From assembly GCA_965197495.1 (NCBI GenBank), contig OZ240210.1:3623898-3687897 (forward strand): DNA of 64,000 nt, given 5' to 3'. This DNA is from Candidatus Marinacidobacterales bacterium (GTDB lineage Bacteria; Acidobacteriota; Vicinamibacteria; Marinacidobacterales; SMYC01). The translations under genes were made by a program, and so were the position numbers. This document shows, in pieces, positions 41,702 through 51,393 of this stretch (positions are counted from its first letter, which is position 1; each line of letters starts with the position of its first letter). Below the pieces are notes generated by a model that was not told the origin of the DNA, made no database searches, and saw nothing but the letters and a program-made list of their open reading frames with translations.

Positions 41702-42742
41702 TCAAGCACCCGAAATGGCGGCGCAGGCAAGGCGATAGAGTACCCTCGCGCCGACGTTGGCATCCCACTCGGTTCCGCGCTCGCCTCCGGGAGAGACCTC
41801 GCAAAGATCGAAGCCGATGATCTTCCTCCCGGAGGCGCTGAGCTGATCTACGAGAAAGAGGGCCTCCTCGAAACCGAGACCTCCGGGCACGGGCGTTCCC
41901 GTTCCAGGGCAGAGCGACGGTTCGAGACCGTCGATGTCGAAGCTGACATACACGTCCTCCGGGAGATCCTCGATGATGCTCTCCACCACGTCCGACCAGC
42001 TCTCGCCCGCGAAGCGGCGTCGCTCCAGGTTTCGGTACTCGAAGAGCCGGACCCGGCCGCCGCTCTCGCGGACCGTCTCGAGCTCCTGCTCGGAGTAATC
42101 TCGCACCCCTACCTGGACGAGCTTCGAAAGCGCCTCGATCCGAAGCGCGTTGTGCATGATGGAAGCATGGGAGTGAACGAACCCCTCGTAGGCCTCACGA
42201 AGATCGCAGTGCGCGTCGATGTGCAGGATCCCGAAACGAGCGTGACGCTCGGCGAGCGCTTCCATGAGGCCGAGCGGAACGCTGTGGTCACCCCCGAGGA
42301 CGCCGACGAGCTTTCCCTGCTCGAGAAGCTTCTGCGATTCGCGGCGCACGTGCGCCGTCATCTCGCCGCAAGCGCCGTTGACCTTATCGAGGGCGTTCGC
42401 GTCGACGCTGGCGCTCTCGGAGGAAAGCGCCGCGATGACTTCTGCGGCGATGCGGCGGGTCTCATCCCCGAGATTTTTCAATGCCTTCGGGATGGGCGCC
42501 ATCGTGATGCCTTTTCTCCACGCGCCGGGATAGCGAGCGTCGTAGAGGTCGACCTGGGCCGACGCCTGAAGGATGGCGGCCGGTGCTTCGGCAGTTCCGG
42601 TGCCGTACGAGACCGTGACTTCCCAGGGAACGGGAAGGATGACGAGTGCAGCGTCCTCCTCATCGAAGGGGAGCCCCCAGAGCCGGTCGGGTGCCCCGGG
42701 ACCGTCAGGAGCGAACCCGCGGAGCCTGTCTTCCCGCGTCAT
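41702..42742 (-). CDS. speB: agmatinase (ureohydrolase family)
   Basis: GGDHS, DAHCDLR, SFDIDGL, PGTGTPVPGG. Confidence 0.9.
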   Translation of the reverse strand: MTREDRLRGFAPDGPGAPDRLWGLPFDEEDAALVILPVPWEVTVSYGTGTAEAPAAILQASAQVDLYDARYPGAWRKGITMAPIPKALKNLGDETRRIAAEVIAALSSESASVDANALDKVNGACGEMTAHVRRESQKLLEQGKLVGVLGGDHSVPLGLMEALAERHARFGILHIDAHCDLREAYEGFVHSHASIMHNALRIEALSKLVQVGVRDYSEQELETVRESGGRVRLFEYRNLERRRFAGESWSDVVESIIEDLPEDVYVSFDIDGLEPSLCPGTGTPVPGGLGFEEALFLVDQLSASGRKIIGFDLCEVSPGGERGTEWDANVGARVLYRLACAAISGA

Positions 42743-44196
42743 CCGTCTACCCGACGGGCTTCGCTTGCTGGCGCCTCGCCGGGGGGTCGTGCCGGAGGCG
42801 CATCGGGGTCGCGCCGATAGCCGAGGAGTCGAAGCACTTGCTTGCTGACCTGCTCCTCGGACAGGACCCGGTAGACGCGATGACCTTCCTCGTCGAGAGA
42901 AATCACGACGTGTTTGGGATCGGGCATGAGGCAGTGGTGAAGTCCGCCAACGCCGCTCAGGGCTTCCTGGTAGGCGCCCGTGTGAAAAAAGCCGATGTAC
43001 TGCTGCTTCTTCGTAGCGGGCATGAAGATCGAGTCCTTGTGCACCTCTTCGTCGTAATAGTCGTCACCGTCGCACGTCATGCCGCCGATGACGATTTTCT
43101 CGTAACCGTCGTCCCAGTGCTTGATCGGCAGGAGGATGAATCTCCGGTTGAGCGCCCAGACGTCGGGAAGCATGGTGATCACGCTCCCGTCGATCATGAG
43201 CCATTTCTCTCGGTCGTTCTGTTGCTTTCGCCCCAGGACTTTGAAGAGCGTGCCACTGCTCTCGGCGACGGTATAGCTTCCGAACTCCGTGACAAGGTCG
43301 GGATCCACCACTCCGTTCTCCCGGCAGACTTCTTGGATCGTGCGCACGACCTCGTCGATGACATAGGCATAGTCGTACTCGAAAGCGAGCGAGTTTCGAA
43401 AAGGCAGACCGCCGCCGAGGTCGAGCATCGAGAGATTCGGATTCACCCGCTTGAGCTGGCAGTAGACGTTGACGAAGCGCCTGAGCTCGCTCCAGAAAAA
43501 AGGCGTGTCCTGAAACCCCGTTTGCACGAAGAAATGCAGAAGCCGGACCTGGAAGCGTGGATGGTCCGCGAGCTTCTCCATGTAGAAGGGCAAAATCTCG
43601 TCTTCCCTCATACCCAGGCGGCTGGTGTAGAAGAACGTTTCGATCGGCTCTTCGGTGGCGAGGCGGATACCCAGCGAGCAGGGCTGGTCGAGCTCGAGCT
43701 CGTAGAAGCCGAGCTCTTCCTTGTTATCGAGAATCGGGATCGTGTTCTCGAAGCCGTCGTGAAGCGCGTCCACGATGTACTGCTTGTACTCGTGGTCTTT
43801 GAAGCCATTGCATAAGATGAGGATGTCTTTGTTCAAATGGCCCGACCGCTCGAGCGTGTCGATGATCGGCATGTCGAGCGCCGACGAAGTCTCGAGCTGC
43901 GCGCCGGCTTTGAGCGCTTCGACCATCACGTGCCTGAAGTGAGAGCTCTTGGTGCAGTAGCAATACGTGTAGCTTCCCCGGTAGCCGTGTTTTTCGATGG
44001 CGTCCTCGAAGTATTTCCGGCCGCGGCGGATCTTCTCCGAGATGATCGGGAGATACGTGAAGCGAAGGGGCGTCTTGTATGTCTCGATGAGCTCCATCAT
44101 ATTGACGCCGTGGAAGTAGAGCTCGTCGTCCAGGACGTGGAAGCCCTCCGGTGGAAAGTCGTAGCTCTGGCCCAGGAATTCGTGGAAAGTCTGCAT
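42739..44196 (-). CDS. speA: arginine decarboxylase (fold-type III, short form)
   Basis: YCYCTKSSHF (PLP Lys), CNGFK, LDLGGG, EFGSY, GMTCD, FHTGAYQ. Confidence 0.88.
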   Translation of the reverse strand: MQTFHEFLGQSYDFPPEGFHVLDDELYFHGVNMMELIETYKTPLRFTYLPIISEKIRRGRKYFEDAIEKHGYRGSYTYCYCTKSSHFRHVMVEALKAGAQLETSSALDMPIIDTLERSGHLNKDILILCNGFKDHEYKQYIVDALHDGFENTIPILDNKEELGFYELELDQPCSLGIRLATEEPIETFFYTSRLGMREDEILPFYMEKLADHPRFQVRLLHFFVQTGFQDTPFFWSELRRFVNVYCQLKRVNPNLSMLDLGGGLPFRNSLAFEYDYAYVIDEVVRTIQEVCRENGVVDPDLVTEFGSYTVAESSGTLFKVLGRKQQNDREKWLMIDGSVITMLPDVWALNRRFILLPIKHWDDGYEKIVIGGMTCDGDDYYDEEVHKDSIFMPATKKQQYIGFFHTGAYQEALSGVGGLHHCLMPDPKHVVISLDEEGHRVYRVLSEEQVSKQVLRLLGYRRDPDAPPARPPGEAPASEARRVDG

Positions 44197-44247
44197 GGAA
44201 GTTTACGCGCCCGATATTTTTGCGGATTTTGCTCCGATCTGCATCAC

Positions 44248-44328
44248 TTAACGCCGAGAGCGCGTTTCCCGAAGGATCCGATCGTAGGCGCGCCTCGCGT
44301 GGTCGTAGGCGTCCTCTGCAGCATTCAT
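44248..44328 (-). other. candidate Arg-rich leader peptide upstream of speA
   Basis: MNAAEDAYDHARRAYDRILRETRSRR*; TAGACT 6 nt before ATG. Confidence 0.3.
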
Positions 44329-44407
44329 CGCGGAAGTCTACTACACACCATCCGGCTGAGGGAGCGGAGCGCCTTGCGGACGCGTTTGAGCGCTGGAGCG
44401 ACCTGCG

Positions 44408-44875
44408 TTATTGCGGCATGACGCCGACCGGCAGAACGAGCTGGATGCTCCAACGCGCGTCTTCGCGGCGGTCGAGCCGCACCAGCGACGCTGGATGAAA
44501 GACGAGCAAGGGCATGCTTTCGTCTTGAGCCAAAAGAGCGCCCGCGATCCGGTTCAAATAAGGCAGATGGCCCACGATCATCACGTTTTGCTGCAAGCCC
44601 GCGGCCTCGCGGCGCAGCGGATTGATGTCGTCATCGGGTCCAATCCCGCTCACCGGGTTCCGCGGACATTGAAGGATTCTTTCGAACTCCTGCGCGGTTT
44701 GCACCGCGCGTAGCTTCTCGGAGTGTCGTATCTCGGCGACCCGCACGCCGAGGCGCGCGGTGAAAGTGGCGCATCGTCGGACGTTAGCGAGACCGGCTTC
44801 CGTGAGCGGCGGCCCGGGATCCGAGTCTGCCAAATTGGGATCCACATCGCCGTGTCGGACCAGGTAGAGCTCTAT
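44408..44875 (-). CDS. sixA: SixA-like phosphohistidine phosphatase, start codon ATA
   Basis: AGGAG RBS then ATA-ELYLVRHG; HSEKLRAVQTA, IVGHLP. Confidence 0.8.
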   Translation of the reverse strand: MELYLVRHGDVDPNLADSDPGPPLTEAGLANVRRCATFTARLGVRVAEIRHSEKLRAVQTAQEFERILQCPRNPVSGIGPDDDINPLRREAAGLQQNVMIVGHLPYLNRIAGALLAQDESMPLLVFHPASLVRLDRREDARWSIQLVLPVGVMPQ

Positions 44876-45017
44876 GAACGCTCCTCTTTTGGTTGGGTTT
44901 CTCAGGATCTTTGTAAGCTCGAAATGAGATTTGCCGTGCTGAAATCAATTCTACCCGGTATCTGGCCAGCTTTCTAGCCGCCTCTGTGCTAGGCTTTTCG
45001 GCTTTCAGGAGGTCTTA

Positions 45018-45400
45018 TTGCCCGAGCACAAGATTGCTTACTTCTCGATGGAAATCGGGCTCAGCGCGGATATGGCGACCTATTCCGGCGGGCTGGGGGT
45101 GCTAGCCGGAGATACGCTTCGCGCCGCCGCGGATTGGGGGCTGCCGCTCGTCGCGGTCACGCTCGTCCATCGGAACGGATATTTTCGTCAGCATCTGGAC
45201 GAGGGAGGTGCACAGACGGAGTCGCCCGATAGCTGGAACGTGGCGGATCGGCTGCGGGAGATGGACCCGCGGGTCGACGTCGAGATCGGAGGAAAAACCG
45301 TCCGGCTCCGAGCTTGGCTCGAAGAAGTAGTGGGTATTTTGGGACAGAAGGTGACGGTTTACTTCCTCGACAGCGACCTCGAAGAGAACGACCCCGCGAG
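45018..45400 (+). pseudogene. glgP: alpha-glucan phosphorylase N-terminal fragment
   Basis: [34 protein letters not shown]; similarity stops after about 125 aa. Confidence 0.85.
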
Positions 45401-45667
45401 CCGGGTGCGGATTCCTGACGAACAACCTCGAGTCGCGTTCTTCTCGATCTTCGAGTGGCGCACGAAGAAATACAGTGGCTATTGGAACGTTCCTAGAGAA
45501 GTTCGAAAAGCTCGCCGAAGAAGACGACCCCTTCCACTATTCCATCCGGTTCCTCAATCCCTGATCGATATCCAAGCAAACTTCGCCACTATCCCAAAAA
45601 GAGAAAGCGCGGGGTTGTGTCTCGTTCGGTGAAAAGGGCTGCCAAGAGCACCTTACCTAGATCTGGC

Positions 45668-45754
45668 TCAAGAGCCTTGGAGGCGCTGGGCCGCGCGGAG
45701 CTCGCGCTCGGCGTCCTCGAGCCGTCCCTGGCGGTTGTAGACGTCGGCGAAGAA
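45668..45754 (-). pseudogene. orphan 3' end of a TPR-containing protein
   Basis: Manual translation FFADVYNRQGRLEDAERELRAAQRLQGS*. Confidence 0.45.
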
Positions 45755-45998
45755 GTTCTTCCGAGGGCATGTGGTTGAAAGCGCGCACCCTACTTGTAAA
45801 AGTTAATCGGTTATGTGGATCGGAATCCAATAGGGTGGATTCGAGACGGAGCGTTGCTTCTCGGGAACGTCGATTTTGTTCGCTAAAGCGCTGAAGGGAA
45901 AGCGTTCAAATATTTGACGCGATCCGTCCGAGTTGGAACGTCGGTTGCTTTGGAAAACAGAGCGGTCTTCATCTGGTTTCTGCGTAAGGAGGTCTTAC

Positions 45999-48849
45999 AT
46001 GAACCAATATCGTTGCGTTGTCCGCGGCGTGGTCGTGGCCAGTCTAGTCTTGCTGGCGGCCACCGTCTTCGGGCAGGTGATCACCGGCTTGATCTTCGGT
46101 AGTATCCGCGATGAGTCCGGCGCGGTCTTGCCCGGGGCTACGGTCACGCTTTCGTCCGATCAGCTTCCTGGTGGCCCGCGAACGGTCGTGACCACAGAGA
46201 ACGGCCACCGATTTCCCAATCTTGCGCCCGGCGCCTACAACCTTTTGGTGGAGATGCCTGCATTCGGTACGTATAACGAGCGAGGACTTCAAGTCCGTGT
46301 CGGCGGTAACGTCGAGCGCGTCGTCACCATGGGCTTGGCGTCGGTGGCCGAAATGATCACGGTGACGGGCGAGAGCCCCATCGTCGATACGCGGAAATCG
46401 GGCGTGTCCACCAACTACGACAGCGAGTACATGCAGAACACGCCGCTAAGGCGTTTCTCGTTCTTCGACTTCACGAAGTCGGCGCCCGGTATGTCGGCAA
46501 CGAACCCGACGAGCGGCGAGAGCTCCCGCGTTTCCGCCTTCGGCTCCAACGTGGACGAGAACGCATACTTGATGGACGGAACCGACTTCACGTCGCCCTG
46601 GTCCGGGGCTGCCTGGCCTTGGCCGTCCACGGATGTCATCGAAGAGATCGAGATCGTCTCCCTGGGCGCCTCTGCCGAGTACGGGAATATCATGGGGGCC
46701 GTCTTCAACGTCGTCACCAAGCAAGGCACCAATGAGGTACGCGCGGACGCCGCTTACTACGGCATGTTCCAGTCTCTCACCAGCCAGCCCGTCAAAGTCG
46801 ACTGCGGCGGCTGCCCCGACGGCGATTCGAAAGGGGCGACAGGCTTCACGCGCAATAAGTACGTGGACATTACGGCAAACGCCGGCGCCCCGATCTGGAA
46901 GGACAAGATGTGGATCTACGGGGGCTACCAGTATCTCCGGGACTACGACAACCAGCCGGGAACCGATCCTCGATTTCCTCGAGAGTTCGAGGCCGATCGC
47001 ATGTATTGGAAATACACGTGGCAGATCACCCCGGACATCAAGTTCATGCATACTTACCACGACGACATCTGGGTGATTCCGGACACCCCGTCTCTCGCCG
47101 ATCCGTTCGAGACCATCAACACGTTCAGCGGACGCAACCCCTCCGTGACGTTCGGGAACATCACCCACGTGTTGTCGGACTCGACCTTTTACGATGTTCG
47201 TATTTCGGGCTTCTACGCTCCGGCGGATAAGGCCACAATAAACGGGGATCCTTCGCTCTCCCATGTAAACGATGGCGCGACGGGTGTTAGCTCGGGTGGC
47301 GCCTACTTCTCCGGCGGGGCGGAGCAGGCCCGCACGGCGGTCAACGGCAAGCTGAGCCACTACGCCACCGGCTTCCTGGGTGGCGACCACGACTTCAAGT
47401 TCGGCATCCAGTACGTGAATGGCTGGAGCCAAGGGCATTACGGCTACACGAACAACATCGCCTACTACACCTATTACGGCGAGCCCTACTACACCTATTA
47501 CGGCGAGCCCTACTACGCCTATTTCGGTGAGCTCTACAACTACGGTGGCCAGTTCCTCAATACGGGTCTCTTTGTCGAGGATATGATGACCATCGGTGAC
47601 CGCGTCACCGTCCAGATCGGGCTCCGCTACGACCGGATCGACGCCAAGGTCCAGGACATCGACCAGAAGGACCAAGCCCTCAACACGATCGGCACCGCAC
47701 AGGGGCTGGGGACTGTTTACACCTGGAACAACATCGCGCCACGCGTGGGCGTCAACATCAAGCTGGACGACGTGGGTAGGACGATCCTGCGTGCCAACTA
47801 TGGACGCTTCTACCCGCCGGTGCGCACCCGTGAGCTCGGTCTCGTTCACCCCGGTTTGACCCCGATAACTGGGGCATTCTGGAATCCGTTACCCGGGCAA
47901 AACTGCAACCCGAACCTTCCCCTGGATGGCAGTCAGATCGAGTGCTTCAACGATGTGTTCTGATTTCACCGATCCGATCGCCAACTTGAGAATCAATCCC
48001 AACACCCAGCCGGCCAGCCAAAACCAGTACTCGATCGGCATCGACCGGGAGTTGAGACCGGATTTGGCCATCTCGGGGACGTTTGTCAAGAAGGACGCCA
48101 GAGGCTACGGGAGCTGGGACGTGCTCAACGCTACCTACGGACGGGAGACCGTCATTGCCGACAACGGGCAGTCGTTGGAGGTTTTTCCGCTCCTGAGTGA
48201 TCCCGCCGACCGTATTTTCATTATGACGGACCGGCAAGAGATGCACATGGATTACACCAGCTTTCTTGTCAGCATGAACAAGCGATGGTCCGACAACTGG
48301 CAGGCGCTCATCTCCTACAGCTGGTCCAGGACGGAGGGCCTATTGCCGTCGAGTCACGAGGATCCGGACTTCAGCCAGGAGGCCACGATCCGGGGCGGCT
48401 CCGGTGCCTCCATCGGAAGAGATCCGAACGACTTCACGAACACGGAAGGTCGTCTGCTCAACGATCGCACCCATATGTTCCGGATCCAAGGAAGCGTGAT
48501 CCTTCCAAAGATCGACGTTCGCTTAGGTACGAACTACCAGTACTTCACCGGTAAGCCCTTCGCCGGCACGGCTCGCGTGGGCTTGCCTCAAGGCACGCGT
48601 GACATCTATGTGGACAACCCTGGCGCCATAAGACTCCCCAATCAGCACTCGTTGGATTTTCGCGTCTCGAAGGAGTTCCGATTCGGCGAAACGGGAAAGT
48701 TCGAGTTTCTTGTGGACATCCTGAATCTTCTGAACGAGGACGCCACGGAGGAAGTGGTGACGCGGAACATCGCGAGCCCGAACTTCGCGGTGGGCGAGCG
48801 CTGGATTGATCCCAGACGCGCGTTCATCGGTCTGAAGTTCGCTTTCTAG
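45999..48849 (+). pseudogene. TonB-dependent receptor (Oar-like, carboxypeptidase-regulatory N domain), frameshifted near 47960
   Basis: Signal peptide, GSIRDESGAVLPGATVT, plug ENAYLMDG..GASAEYG, C-terminal PRRAFIGLKFAF in the next frame. Confidence 0.9.
47463..47510 (+). repeat. perfect in-frame 24-bp tandem duplication (YYTYYGEP x2)
   Basis: TACTACACCTATTACGGCGAGCCC twice. Confidence 0.9.
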
Positions 48850-48869
48850 ATCCAAGTTTGGACCCATCG

Positions 48870-48906
48870 AAGGTGGGGAAGGAACTCCTTCCCCACCTTT
48901 TCTTTT
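48870..48906 (+). terminator. rho-independent terminator
   Basis: AAGGTGGGGAAGG-AACT-CCTTCCCCACCTT followed by TTCTTTT. Confidence 0.85.
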
Positions 48907-48931
48907 CGCTGCGATGAGCTAAGCTCGTTGG

Positions 48932-49253
48932 GTGATTCTTCTCCTCGTCCTCATTCTCGGACACCAGGCTGTCGGGGAAGAACAGCTCGCTCGCGCCCTC
49001 GAGGCCCTCGAGAGGGGGCGGCCGGCTGAAACACTCGAGCTGCTCGAGCCACTTTTCTCTCTCGCCGAGCCACCCACCGCATCGCACTTGCTGCTCCGCG
49101 CTTCCGCCTATCTGGAGCTAGGACAGTTGGAAAACGCCGAGTCGGATTTACTGCAAGCGACGGCGTTCGATCCGCGGGAGGGGCGCGGTCATCACCTGCT
49201 CGGCATCGTCCAAGAGAAACGAGGTGAGCGGGTACGGGCACGCTGGTCTCTAG
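48932..49253 (+). pseudogene. TPR protein 5' fragment truncated by IS type B end
   Basis: Signal-like N-terminus, LLRASAYLELGQLENAESDL, GHHLLGIV; ends at CTAG junction. Confidence 0.7.
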
Positions 49254-49567
49254 CCCATGTTTACCCTTTATGAGCATCCTAACGCTCGTAAGTGACTGAA
49301 TTCAAAGGAACGGGGGTTGAATTTCGCCCAAAACGTAGAGACAGAGATTGTGCTTTAAGAGCCATTAATACGTTGTAATCATGGACAATGACATGTAGTA
49401 TGCGTGAGGACAGGTTATGTTCTTCCGCATCGTTCGGGCCGCAGGCGGCAAAGGGGTTCAACATGAGTATGTCCGCCTGGTCGAGTCGTATCGGGAGCAC
49501 GGCAAGCCGAAGCAACGCGTAGTGTGCAACTTGGGGCGCAAGGATCTCCTAGTTGCCAATCTCGACT
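49254..49567 (+). mobile_element. IS1634-family type B left-end fragment
   Basis: Inverted near-identical copy of about 53083-53396; CTAG|CCCATGTTTACC; encodes about the first 50 aa of the transposase. Confidence 0.92.
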
Positions 49568-50167
49568 TTCCTCGAGCACGATACCTCCCTCGCGCTGGAC
49601 GGTGTCGAGGCCGATCCGCTCGAACTTCTTGAAGTCGAAGTCGTCGAAGTAGCGATCGAAGCCTTGATCGAGCCCCCACCGGGCGTCGAGGACGAAAGCC
49701 GCGATGAATCCGCCCGTTTGGTACCCGTTCTCCTTCAGGGTTTCCGCGAGCGTGACGTGCTTCTCGTCGAGGTAGTATCCGCCGTTGTCGCGCACGCCGT
49801 GGTACATGGGGAACGTTCCGGTGAACATCGACGAGTGCGCGGGAAGCGTCAGAGGCACCACCGTGCTCGCGTTCTCGAAGAGGACCCCGGACGACGCCAT
49901 CTCGTCGAGGTGGGGCGTCGAGATGCGGTCGTAACCGTAGGCCGGCAGCCGGTCGGCTCGCAAGGTATCGGCGGTGACGAGCACGATGTTGAGCGGCCGC
50001 AAGGACTGCGGCGCTTGACGGATCAGAACCGCGGTGATGGCGGCCAGCAGAAAGAGAACGCACACGGCCACGAGGAGCGGCGCTTTGGGAATCCGCCGAG
50101 AGACTCCTCGCGGCTCCTCGTGTTTCGTCTCCGATTCGCGGTGTCTCTTGTGATTCTTGCCACCCAT
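49568..50167 (-). pseudogene. sulfatase-like (alkaline phosphatase superfamily) protein, 5' fragment
   Basis: TM then NIVLVTADTLRAD, PLTLPAHSSMFTG, HGVRDN, GLDQGFDRY. Confidence 0.85.
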
Positions 50168-50361
50168 GGGTTCCTGCTGGTCGATTCTAGCATTACAACG
50201 ATCCGGGACGATCGAGTGGCGTGAGCCAGGTTCTCAAGGATTGAGAGATGTAGCGCGATTCGATACAAACAAGATCCGGCTGAGTGGACTCGAATTCAAA
50301 ACAATGGATTCAGAACCGGGTGTCGGGCTGCCGGCCGGTTCGAGAGTATCCTGTAACTAAT

Positions 50362-51393
50362 TGCTCTGCTGGCCGCGACGGCAATGGGACAGCTCGTCAC
50401 AGGCAGCATCGATGGAACCGTGCGGGACGAGTCCGGCGCGGTGCTGCCCGGCACCACGGTCACCATCTCATCGCCGCAGCTTCCTGCCGGACCGCAAAAC
50501 TTCGTCACGGATGAAAACGGCCGCTTTCGCTTCCGCAAACTCCCGCCCGGGACCTACCGTCTCACCGTGGAGCTCTCGGGGTTCGGGACGTACAACGAGG
50601 AAAGATTTGCGTGTGCTCGTCGGCGGCAACATCGAGCGCATCGTCACCATGGGCCTCGCTTCGATGGCCGAGACCATCACCGTGACGGGGGAGTCCCCCA
50701 TGGTGGATACCCGCAAATCCGGCATCTCCACCAACTACAGCAAAGAGTACAATGGAGCAAACGCCGCTCCGGCGCTTCAGCATGTTCGACTTCGCCAAGT
50801 CGGCGCCCGGCATGTCGGCGACACGCCCGACGCGGGGTAGTACAACACGCGTTTCGGCCTACGGCTCGGGCACCGACGAGACCACGTGGCTCATGGACGG
50901 CACCGACTTCACCGCGCCCGTCTCCGGCGCCGCCTGGCCGTGGCCCGACACCGACAGCATCGAGGAGATTGAAATCCTCTCCCTCGGCGCCTCCGCGGAG
51001 TACCAAGTCGCGGGGGGAGCGGTGATCAACGCCATCACCAAGCAGGGAACCAACGAGGTGAGGTTCGATGCGTCCTACTACGGCATGTTCGACGCTCTCA
51101 CCAGCAAGCCCGTCAAGGTGGACTGCGGTGGCTGTCCTGCTGGTGACGAGAACGGAGAGGTCGGGTTCACCCGTAACAGGTTCGTCGACATCACGGGGCA
51201 CGTCGGCTTTCCCATCCTGCGGGACAAGATGTGGCTCTACGGTGGAGCCCAGTACCAGCGTGACTACGACAACCAGCCGGGAACCGGTCCTCGCTTCGAA
51301 CGCAGGTTCGAGGCCGATCGCATCAACTGGAAGTACACCTGGCAGATCACCTGGAACATCAAGTTCATGCACACGTACCACGACGACTACTAG
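50362..51393 (+). pseudogene. second TonB-dependent receptor paralogue, multiply frameshifted and IS-interrupted
   Basis: Strong similarity to 46070-47070 across three frames; TAG at the Trp position. Confidence 0.9.

Noticed and set aside
45999-51393. Diversity-generating retroelement or cassette-switching between receptor paralogues
   Set aside because: No reverse transcriptase or recombinase; differences are not adenine-specific and look like ordinary paralogue divergence
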